Shown one piece after another: positions 24,273 through 34,275 of a stretch of 64,000 nucleotides of DNA; position 1 is the first letter of the stretch, and every line of letters begins with the position of its first letter. This DNA comes from Heptranchias perlo (Eukaryota): the NCBI RefSeq assembly GCF_035084215.1, contig NC_090342.1, forward strand, positions 47,864,001 through 47,928,000. The letters are read 5' to 3'. The position numbers were made by a program, and so were the translations under genes. The notes below the pieces were generated by a model, which did not search any database, was not told where the DNA came from, and worked only from the letters and a program-made list of their open reading frames with translations.

Positions 24273-24552
24273 TGGCATTTAGCCCCTCAAGCCTGTTCCA
24301 CCATTCAATGAGTTCATGGTGGACATGTGACCGAACTCCATATACCCGTATTAGCCCCATATCCCTTAATACCCTTGGTTCACAGAAATCTATCAATCTC
24401 GGATTTAACTTTCACAAGTGAGCTAGCATCAATTGCCATCTGCAGAAGAGCATTCCAAACATTTCCCACCCTTTGCGTGTAGAAGCATTTTCTAACTTCA
24501 CTCCTGCACGTCCTGGCTCTAAATGTTAGGCTATGTCCCTGCATCCTAGTAT
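24273..24552 (-). mobile_element. CR1 3' fragment nested in the Harbinger element
   Basis: ORF 24380 ..FYTQRVGNVWNALLQMAIDASS..KSEIDRFL; CR1 tail at 24273. Confidence 0.8.
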
Positions 24553-25710
24553 TCAAGTACAGGAAACCTCCAAAAACAGTTACAAATGTCTCGGCAGCCA
24601 GAAGCAATAATCCAGCCACTAACCTGTAAATCCTGCATGGTCCCTTTAAATAGCGCTGGTGGGGGTCCTCCATGCACTTTAAGACACGTTCAGATGGTGG
24701 GGTTTAAGACTGTGTGCATTGAGTTGAGCGTTAAGTCCCAAAATGGGGTCTGTTACTTTAATTCAGCGTTGCACACTGAAGCCATTTTCTCCCTACTTTT
24801 CATGATCTCAGCGGTCGTTATCTGCGCCTGCGCTAACTCCTGTACCAAGATGGCGTCTGGCGCACGTCACGCTGGAAACGTGTGTGCGCATCCAAGATGC
24901 CATCTTGGATGTCGGAGAGGCCGTGTAGTGCCAAAACAACGGGCGTTACGTGGCCCAATTTAGCGCCCTAAGAGTCTAAATGGGATAGAGGAGCAATGGG
25001 ATCTGGAAGTACAGATGCACAAATGACTAAAAGTAGTGACGAAGGTTAATAAAGCCATAAAAAAGGCAAATCAAGAACTATGGTTCATTTCTATAGGAAC
25101 AGAATTGAAAAACAAAGAAGTTATGTTAAACTTGTATTGAACCTTGGTTAGATTGCATTTGGAGTATTGTGCACAGTTCTGGTCTCCATATTATAGAAAG
25201 GATATAGAGGCATCGGAGAGGGCGCAAAAAAGATTCACAAGGATGATTCCAGAACTGAGAGGAAAAAACTTGTCAGGAAAGGCTGAACAGGCTGGGGCTC
25301 TTTTCTCTAGAAAAGAGAAGGATGAGGGGTGACCTGATAGACGTCTTTAAGATAACGATAGGATTTGTTAGGATAGACTTGGAGAAAATGTTTCTACTTG
25401 TGGGGGAGTCCAATACTAGAGGTCATCAATATACGATAGTCATTAATAAATCCAATAGGGAATTCAGGAGAAACTTCTTTATCCAAACCGTAGTAAAAAT
25501 GTGGAAAAGGCTACCAAAAGTAGTAGTTGAGGCAAATAGCATCGATGCATTTAAGGGGAAGCTAGATAAGCACATGGGGAGACAGGAATAGAAGGATATC
25601 CTGATAGGGTTAGATGAAGTAGGGAGGGAGGAGGCTCGTGAGAAGCATAAATGCCGGCATAGACCATTTGGGCCAAATGGCCTGTTTCTGTGCTGTGGTT
25701 TTGTTGTAAT

Positions 25711-25890
25711 AGAGAGAGAGAAAAGATAAGGAGCGGCAGAGAGACTGAGGGAAAAGAGCGAGAAAATGAGAAGGGTGGGGCAAGAGATGGTGGGACTGAG
25801 AGCAACAGAAAAAGGGGAATGAGATAAATTGAAAGAGTGAGAGGGGAAGGGGCAATGATTGAAGTTGAAGGGGAGGGAAAGAGAGAAGAG
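25711..25890. repeat. Purine-rich (GA) low-complexity tract
   Basis: Almost entirely G/A on +; explains the Leu/Ser/Phe-rich antisense ORFs. Confidence 0.75.
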
Positions 25891-27029
25891 CATAAGTGTC
25901 CAAAGGGATTCCAGGAAAATAGTTTAAAACCAGAATGTCATAAGTCAATTGGCAGTGCTAGCTTTCAAAATTTCTTGCATGATTTACATGTAGCAACTGT
26001 CAGAATATTGTACGGTTCTGATACATATCATTTTAAAACTTGTGGTACCTTATCGAGGTAGAAAAAAACATTTATTTTCTGATCTTGGTCTTTGAAAGTT
26101 TGGTGGTACCTGGATGCTTATGGATAAAGGAATGGGACAGGATGGTCCAGTGAATTAACAGACTGCACTTTTGTCAGAGGGATTTGGATTTCTGTCTAGT
26201 TCAGAACAATGGAGTGGACAGAGCTCTGTGAAGTGTGTTTACCGGTTTGTGGTATGTGGTTCCACAGCACAGTACTGTTCATTGTTTGGCAAAAAGGTTC
26301 ATGCTGAACAATTAGTTTTACTTGGGCTGTCATGACGATTGGTGTGAGCAATGGACACATTCACAACCATACAGCAGGCGGTTCTCTTTTGAAGTTGGGC
26401 TTGAGCTGGTTTGTCGGAACAAAATAGAGGGAATCTTTGACTGCACCTACCTGTGCTGGATGCTGTGACTGAGTGTTAGAAGCTGTAGAGGTGATGTTCC
26501 CCAGCCTTGACATTCTTCATCTTTAATGAGTATGTTTTAAAAGTAAAGTCACCAGAGATGTGGAAAGACACTGGACTTGTGTTTTCTCTCATGATCATTT
26601 AAACAGAAGTAGAATTTGGCAGCTGATGGAAACTAGATTAAAATGAAGGAGGCCAATTACCTTTCTAAAGTGGGACTTCAGTTCATGCGTTATTGATGGA
26701 GTAAGGTAACATGCAAAAGAACAAATACACTGGGGCTCCTCTTGCTGAATATAACTGACTTTTTTTTCTCCTGTGCAATTTTTTATTAAAAATTTTCCTC
26801 ATATTAATATGAAAAGATCAAAGAATAAGCACTTCAAAAAATACTGTAAGAACAGTGTTTTAATCTTCACAGCTAAGCTAGTTTAGAGTGATTTTTGCAC
26901 TAGCTTTTTTGAAGTGCAGAGATAAGTGAGATTGGAATATGATGGTAAAGGTATGGCCACAAAATTAAAATATTAAATAACCATAAAATTCAATTATTGT
27001 ACAATTTAATCTATTGTACATGTTATTTA

Positions 27030-27160
27030 CATAAGGAGATATGGGAACAGGGCAGGCACATGGGATTAGGACTCCTGCTTGTGTGGCGGATAAACAGCAA
27101 CGTGGACTGGTTGGGCCAAATGGCCTGTTTCTGTGTTATAATTTCGATGTAATACTATGG
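27030..27160 (+). mobile_element. CR1-type 3' tail fragment
   Basis: ttgggccaaatggcctgtttctgtg as at 25668. Confidence 0.7.
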
Positions 27161-27464
27161 ATGACGCAGAGGTAAAATCACTAACTCCCACCATTCCCAA
27201 AATCTTTTTAGAAGCAACATTGTGCATTCTCAAGACTTGTGACATCAACCAGCATTCTTTCTTTTCTTTATCTCTTTTTCCTCCCACCCCATAAAAATTA
27301 ACTCTGGTGCCAACTAATTCTGGAATTGGGGTTAAGAGTAGAGGTCGGTGCCCAAAAAGGTGTTAAATGTTTGATTCTTTCCCTCCCCATCACACAGGTA
27401 GATTTTTTTGCTTCACCCACTAAAAATTACTGGTGCAATGCAGCTTTAATCGACTTCTTTATAT

Positions 27465-27775
27465 GTGAGACTCAATATTGAATGCTAGGGTGTTGAACTA
27501 TTGGGAGAGGAGAGGGTGACGTCACAGCCGACTACAATACCTCCAATGTCTATGCGAGCTTTTCCAACCAGGGTCAATGGAAAGAGTCAAGTGGGAATCC
27601 TAGCTTTATTTTCTCTGCTCCCTATCCCAGGGGCACTGAGACCCCTGGGATAGTAGTACCCAAAATGCCCCACTGAGATCAGCTAACTCCGCATAGGCCA
27701 GGGTCACACTTGGGGCCTTCCTGGTCGATATAACTCAGTATCACTCCAGATGGTGCATTTAGCCACTGAGCTGAA
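27465..27775 (-). mobile_element. Ancient tRNA-type SINE (same unassigned family as 1105)
   Basis: ctgagatcagctaactc..ccttcctggtc..tgcatttagccactgagc; A-box-like GCTCAGTGG on -. Confidence 0.5.
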
Positions 27776-28459
27776 GAGCCATATGTATGCATGTCTATAT
27801 GTATAATAGTGTCTGTGTATGTAAATATATATGTTCATATACATTCATTTTAAGAACTATATTGTATGTACTTCAAATTTTGCATTTAATTGTAGTACTT
27901 AGATTTTGCATTAAACCTATTACATTGATCATTTTGAAATGATGCTGTTCTTGCATGCAAAATGAATTTGAGAGAGACTTGGCAGGGTTTACTTAAATTA
28001 TTCGTGTTCCTTGGGTAAAATCCCAGATTCACTAACTCTTTAAAATAATAGTAGACTATCAGTGGTAATACAGTGCAGTGAGCAACAGCACTTAGAAAGC
28101 TTGCACTAAATGCATTCAGCACATAAAGAGCATTTTACGTTTGTTTTCCATTCAAGTTAAACGCAAGCATTCTGATGAAGCAGTTTTATATATTAAAAAA
28201 ATGTCATCTGTAAATTGAATGCTTATTGAATCCCTTTATTCAATCACCGTAACCATGGAAACAAAACCCAAGTTGCAACACATCAATTTTCGGGCATGAT
28301 CCATCATGTTCTTAGTTACGTTCTTAGTTTTACTCTTTGCATGTTGAATTTTGATGAGTGGCTCCACGGTTCTGGCGGAAGTCAGTTATGGGCCAGCGAA
28401 TGCAGTACGGCTGTCAAATACTTCTCTCTGCCTCATTGCTTGCACCCTTTCCCCATTAG

Positions 28460-28543
28460 CCCATCCCAAGGAAAGCCGCCGGTCAGCATCACCACTTCGA
28501 AAAGCCACCCGGGACGACCTACAAGATCCAACCCAAGCAGCAT
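28460..28543 (+). CDS. Candidate 84-nt internal exon of an unidentified host gene
   Basis: Pyrimidine tract cttgcaccctttccccattag|, donor CAT|gtgagt, length divisible by 3, all three frames open, CpG-retaining, repeat-free flanks with eight (T)GCATG motifs. Frame and gene unknown. Confidence 0.5.
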
Positions 28544-28685
28544 GTGAGTATTTGACATACCAGGACAGGCATGTACTCTTCAGTGCAGTGGAAGGGCTCA
28601 TGCCGTTCCTTTCATAACGTGTCAGGACCAGTTACTGTAAGTCAGCTCAGCCTCAATCTGTTGCTTTCTCATTTTCTCTCTTTAG

Positions 28686-28703
28686 CCGCATGCATAGTCA
28701 ACA
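28686..28703 (+). CDS. Candidate 18-nt microexon
   Basis: ctgttgctttctcattttctctctttag|CCGCATGCATAGTCAACA|gtgggt; 142 nt downstream of the 84-nt candidate. Confidence 0.33.
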
Positions 28704-29060
28704 GTGGGTTCAGTAATTAAAGATTTTAATAGGAGAAAAAAAATTGTTTCTGTGACTAATGAGCTGCAGCAGGATGCATTAAGGATTTCAGCTTTTTTAA
28801 AATCATGGAAATGCTTTCAAATTACACTTTAAAGCTGTGCATGTATATCAAATTTTGACAGTAGTGGAACAGAATCATTCACCACCAAGTTTCTGTGCTC
28901 TGCGATGTGTAATAAAGAGAAGTAGATTTTTTTTTTAAATTGTCAAATGTAAATATTCAACTAAGGATGTTGAGACCAAAATATTTGTGTATTGTTCACA
29001 ATTGTATGGTAAACCATGTTGCCTCATATAGACGAGTGAAACAAATGTCCTTCCTAATTA

Positions 29061-30140
29061 TAGAAAATGCTGGAAACACTCAGCAGGTCAGGCAGCATCT
29101 TTAGAATCATAGAATCATAGAAGTTACAACATGGAAACAGGCCCTTCGGCCCAACATGTCCATGTCGCCCAGTTTATACCACTAAGCTAGTCCCAATTGC
29201 CTGCACTTGGCCCATATCCCTCGATACCCATCTTCCCCATGTAACTGTCCAAATGCTTTTTAAAAGACAAAATTGTACCCGCCTCTACTACTGCCTCTGG
29301 CAGCTCGTTCCAGACACTCACCACCCTTTGAGTGAAAAAATTGCCCCTCTGGATCCTTTTGTATCTCTCCCCTCTCACCTTAAATCTGTGCCCCCTCGTT
29401 ATAGACTCCCCTACCTTTGGGAAAAGATTTTGACTATCGACCTTATCTATGCCCCTCATTATTTTATAGACTTCTATAAGATCACCCCTTAACCTCCTAC
29501 TCTCCAGGGAATAAAGTCCCAGTCTGTCTAACCTCTCCCTGTAAGTCAAACCATCAAGTCCCGGTAGCATCCTAGTAAATCTTTTCTGCACTCTTTCTAG
29601 TTTAATAATATCCTTTCTATAATAGGGTGACCAGAACTGTACACAGTACTCCAAGTGTGGCCTCACCAATGCCCTGTACAACTTCAACAAGACATCCCAA
29701 CTCCTGAGAAACAGAGCTAACGTTTCAGGTTGGTGACCTTTCATCAGGACTGAAAGTTGCTAGAGATGAACAGCTTATGGAAACAAGAAATAGACATTCT
29801 GTAACCGTTTACACTTCCTCTGTACCCATCTTTTGTTTCTATATTTGTCCCATTATCACCTTCTTTTGCCTTCCACCATTATCACTTTTGTCATTTAATC
29901 ACTCCTGCCCTCCACCCTATCATAGACTTCTCCCTTTTGTTCTTTTTCCTGCCTCCTATTTTTCCTGGCTATGCTACTGCTTAAAAGCTGTTCACCTCTA
30001 ACATCTTCCAGTCCTGATGAAAGTCATCGACTTGAAAAGTTAACTGTTTCTCTCTTTGTCAGATATTGCCCGACCTGCTGAGTGTTTGCATCATTTTCTG
30101 TTTTTACTTCAGATTTCCAGCATCCGCAGTATTTTGCTTT
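29061..30140 (+). mobile_element. Palindromic Penelope-derived element of a second family, interrupted by CR1
   Basis: Inverted arms (agaaaatgctggaaacactcagcagg / cctgctgagtgtttgcatcattttct) plus about 40-nt tail; hammerhead-like cores at 29715-29751(-) and 30010-30045(+); flanks tgtccttcctaatta 29046-29060 and tgtccgtcctaatta 30141-30155. Confidence 0.78.
29102..29706 (-). mobile_element. Young CR1 3' fragment
   Basis: ORF 29187 from RSWDVLL onward; (CATAGAAT)n tail; nearly identical to 57214-57816. Confidence 0.95.
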
Positions 30141-31206
30141 TGTCCGTCCTAATTACTTGTATATTAAAAGCGGAGCCAGATGTTTCAGATGACGGATGTT
30201 GCCGGTTTAAGTGAGTGCATCTGGATATATCCCGTCGGTGGCCTTATTCTGAAAGCCCCACCGCAGTCACCTCAGGCTACATAATTCTACAAAAATAAAA
30301 TTGCTCAAGTGATTTTTAAACTAGATTCACGACATGACAGCTTGCCTTCCGATCCAAGACAGCATTGTTCCGATATTTTGGAAGCTGGTGTGCTTCAATA
30401 TAAAATTCCTTTACTTTGCCTCCGCTCTGGGTATTCCCTGCTTCTCTCCCGAACAAGACCAATGGGACATGCCTCCAAGGAGGGCTCCAACAGCAGAAAG
30501 TGTAGGACAGTTACGTATTGCTTTAGTGTTTGCAAAACGTCTACTAATGAGAGTTGAGCTATGAAGGTAGATTGTAATGAAATGAGGAACCAAGATCAAG
30601 CGTTTGAACGAAGAAATAGTGACGGCCACTAACTTGAAACTGTGCCCTGTAGTCCAAACTCGTTGACAAGACTCTGTTCCTTTACAGCTCTGACAGTTTC
30701 GACTGTCCATCCTCTTCCTCCCCTGCTGCCTCATTACTTTTCTGATAAAATGGGGCATGGGATAGCAAGGAATTGAATGACATTGGCATAAGTATGAGTG
30801 TATCTACTTCACCATCAATAACTCAAACTCTTCCTTCACAAAGCACTGAAGGGATATAATTGTTACAGTATCAATGCTAACCTATTAATCGTGCAAATTG
30901 AATTCCATAAATAAGTCACCACTTTCTGTGCTGTTTGATTGATGAAAGATTTTGTTCCAGTCCATCAGTTGTTCCTTTCCCCCTTTAACTCTTTTTGCAC
31001 ATCATCAAAGACTGACTTGGTCATTGTATTTCAACATAATTTGAAGTGCTTTCCTTGGCTCTGTGTGGTTTAAACACGTTTATAAAACAAAAAAGCAGAA
31101 ACTCTGGCTACCCTCCAAATTGATGATACTTTCGAGAAGTACTTTTTTTTTTATTCGTTCACGGGATGTGGGCGTCACTGGCAAGGCCGGCATTTATTGT
31201 CCATCC

Positions 31207-33966
31207 CTAATTGCCCTCGAGAAGGTGCTGGTGAGCCGCCTTCTTGAACCGCTGCAGTCCGTGTGGTGACAGTTCTCCCACAGTGCTGTTAGGAAGGGAG
31301 TTCCAGGATTTTGACCCAGCGACAATGAAGGAACGGCGATATATTTCCAAGTCGGGATGGTTTGTGACTTGAGAGGGGAACGTGCAGGTGGTGTTGTTCC
31401 CATGTTGTGCTGCTCTTGTCCTTCTAGATGGCAGAGGTCGCGGGTTTGGGAGGTGCTGTCGAAGAAGCCTTGGCGAGTTGCTGCAGTGTATCCTGTGGAT
31501 GGTACACACTGCAGCCACAGTGCGCCGGTGGTGAAGGGAGTGAATGTTTAGGGTGGTGGATGGGGTGCCAATCAAGCGGGCTGCTTCATCTTGGATGGTG
31601 TCGAGCTTCTTGAGTGTTGTTGGAGCTGCACTCATCCAAGCAAGTGGAGAGTATTCCATCACACCCCTGACTTGTGCCTTGTAGATGGTGGAAAGGCTTT
31701 GTGGAGTCAGGAGGTGAGTCACTTGCCGCAGAATACCCAGCCTCTGACCTGCTCTCGTAGCCACAGTATTTATATGGCTGGTCCAGTTAAGTTTCTGGTC
31801 AATGGTGACCCCCAGGGTGTTGATGGTGGGGGATTCGGCGATGGTGATGCCGTTGAATGTCAAGGGGAGATGGTTTGACTCTCTTGTTGAAGATGGTCAT
31901 TGCCTGGCACTTATCTGGCGCGAATGTTACTTGCCACTTATGAGCCCAAGCCTGGATGTTGTCCAGGTCTTGCTGCATGCGGGCTCGGACTGCTTCATTA
32001 TTTGAGGGGTTGCGAATGGAACTGAACACTGTGCAGTCATCAGCGAACATCCCCATTTCTGACCTTATGATGGAGGGAAGGTCATTGATGAAGCAGCTGA
32101 AGGTGGTTGGGCCTAGGACACTGCCCTGAGGAACTCCTGCAGCAATGTCTTGGGGCTGAGATGATTGGCCTCCAACAACCACTACCATCTTCCTTTGTGC
32201 TAGGTATGACTCCAGCCACTGGAGAGTTTTCCCCCTGATTCCCATTGACTTCAATTTTACTAGGGCTCCTTTGTGCCACACTCGGTCAAATGCTGCCTTG
32301 ATGTCAAGGGCAGTCACTCTCACCTCACCTCTGGAATTCAGCTCTTTTGTCCATGTTTGGACCAAGGCTGTAATGAGGTCTGGAGCCGAGTGGTCCTGGC
32401 GGAACCCAAACTGAGCATTGGTGAGCAGGTTATTGGTGAGTAAGTGCCGCTTGATAGCACTGTCGACGACACCTTCCATCACTTTGCTGATGATTGAGAG
32501 TAGACTGATGGGGCGGTAATTGGCCGGATTGGATTTGTCCTGCTTTTTGTGGACAGGACATACCTGGGCAATTTTCCACATTGTCGGGTAGATGCCAGTG
32601 TTGTAGCTGTACTGGAACAGCTTGGCTAGAGGCGCAGCTAGTTCTGGAGCACAAGTCTTCAGCACTACAGCTGGGATGTTGTCGGGGCCCATAGCCTTTG
32701 CTGTATCCAGTGCACTCAGCCGTTTCTTGATATCACGTGGAGTGAATCGAATTGGCCGAAGACTGGCTTCTGTGATGGTGGGGATATCGGGAGGAGTCCG
32801 AGATGGATCATCCACTCGGCACTTCTGGCTGAAGATTGTTGCAAACGCTTCAACCTTGTCTTTTGCACTCACGTGCTGGACTCCGCCGTCATTGAGGATG
32901 GGGATGTTTGCAGAGCCTCCTCCTCCCGTTAGTTGTTTAATTGTCGACCACCATTCACGACTGGATGTGGCAGGACTGCAGAGCTTTGATCTGATCCGTA
33001 GGGTTGATCCCCTGGCTTGTTGGTAATGGTAGAGTGAGGAATATGCCGGGCCATGAGGTTACAGATTGTGCTGGAATACAATTCTGCTGCTGATGGCCCA
33101 CAGCGCCTCATGGATGCCCAGTTTTGAGCTGCTAGATCTGTTCTGAATCTATCCCATTTAGCACGGTGGTAGTGCCACACAACACGTTGGATGGTGTCCT
33201 CAGTGCGAAGACGGGACTTCATCTCCACGAGGACTGTGCGGTGGTCACTCCTACCAATACTGTCATGGACAGATGCATTTGCGACAGGTAGATTGGTGAG
33301 GACGAGGTCAAGTAAGTTTTTCCCTCGTGTTGGTTCGCTCACCACCTGTCGCAGGCCTAGTCTGGCAGCTATGTCCTTCAGGACTCGGCCAGCTCGGTCA
33401 GTAATGGTGCTACCGAGCCACTCTTGGTGATGGACATTGAAGTCCCCCACCCAGAGTACATTTTGTGCCCTTGCTACCCTCAGTGCTTCCTCCAAGTGTT
33501 GCTCAACATGGAGGAGGACTGATTCATCAGCTGAGGGAAGACGGTAGGTGGTAATCAGCAGGAGGTTTCCTTGCCCATGTTTGACCTGATGCCATGAGAT
33601 TTCATGGGGTCCAGAGTCAATGTTGAGGACTCCCAGGGCCACTCCCTCCTGACTGTATATCACTGTACCACCACCTCTGGTGGGTCTGTCCTGCCGGTGG
33701 GACAGGACATACCCAGGGATGGTGATGGAAGAGTCTGGGACGTTGGCTGAAAGGTATGATTCTGTGAGTATGGCTATGTCAGGCTGTTGCTTGACTAGTC
33801 TGTGGGACAGCTCTCCCAATTTTGGCACAAGTCCCCAGGTGTTAGTGAGGAGGACCTTGCAGGGTCGACTGGGCTTGGTTTGCCGTTGTCGTGTCCGGTG
33901 CCTAGTGATCCGATGCCGGGTGGTCCGTCCGGTTTTATTCTTATTATGACTTTTCGTAGCGAGATT
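31207..33966 (-). pseudogene. APE-RT polyprotein ORF broken in two places
   Basis: ORFs 32929, 31799 and 31207. Frame break at about 33000 (KPGDQP joined to RIRSKLCS; internal deletion inferred). 2-bp AG loss at about 31880 relative to the 7341 copy. Confidence 0.88.
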
Positions 33967-34201
33967 TTACAACTGAGTGACTTGCTAGGCCATTTCAGAG
34001 GGCAATTAAGAATCAACCACATTGCTGTGGGTCTGGAGTCACATATAGGCCAGACCAGGTAAGGACGGCAGGTTTCCTTCCCTAAAGGACATTAGTGAAC
34101 CAGATGGGTTTTTACGACAATCCGGTAGTTTCATGGTGCTGGTATTTTAATTCCAGATTTTATTTAATTGATTGAATTTAAATTCGCCAGCTGCCATGGC
34201 G

Positions 34202-34275
34202 GGATTTGAACTCATGACTCTGGATTTTCGTCCAGGCCTCTGGATTACTGGTCCAGTAACATAACCACTATGCTA
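34202..34275 (-). promoter_or_regulatory. Type 2 Pol III internal promoter (A and B boxes) in a class II tRNA-like head
   Basis: TAGCATAGTGG fits TRGCNNARYGG; GAGTTCAAATCC is a B box; 51-nt spacing with hairpin ctgga-ccagtaa-tccag (7-nt loop) and a second hairpin ctgga-cgaaaa-tccag. Confidence 0.8.

Larger units (their letters stand above)
23314..24968 (+). mobile_element. Non-autonomous PIF/Harbinger DNA transposon
   Basis: TAA duplicated at 23311-23313 and 24969-24971; imperfect TIR ggggggaaaattgg / ccaatttagcgccc (11/14); internal Myb/SANT remnant; cleanly interrupts a CR1. Confidence 0.82.
23170..25710 (+). mobile_element. CR1 3' portion split by a Harbinger element
   Basis: ORF 23153 QDDINKLAEWACNWQMNFN; resumes at 24969; ORFs 25144 and 25322 (LEYCAQFWSPYYRKDI, RGDLI); CR1 tail at about 25670-25700. 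Confidence 0.88.

Noticed and set aside
28589-28642. Extra exon ending at ACT|gtaagt (28636)
   Set aside because: Flanking introns to the neighbouring candidates would be under 50 nt, and extending the 84-nt exon to here meets stops in all frames.
29707-29744. MKGHQPETLALFL N-terminus on the CR1 ORF
   Set aside because: Comes from the flanking PLE-derived arm, not from a real fusion gene.
31128-31140. Possible TSD of the full-length LINE (actttcgagaagt versus accttagagatgt at 34280)
   Set aside because: Only 10/13 identical, too diverged for a young element; the sister copy at 6387 has no TSD.
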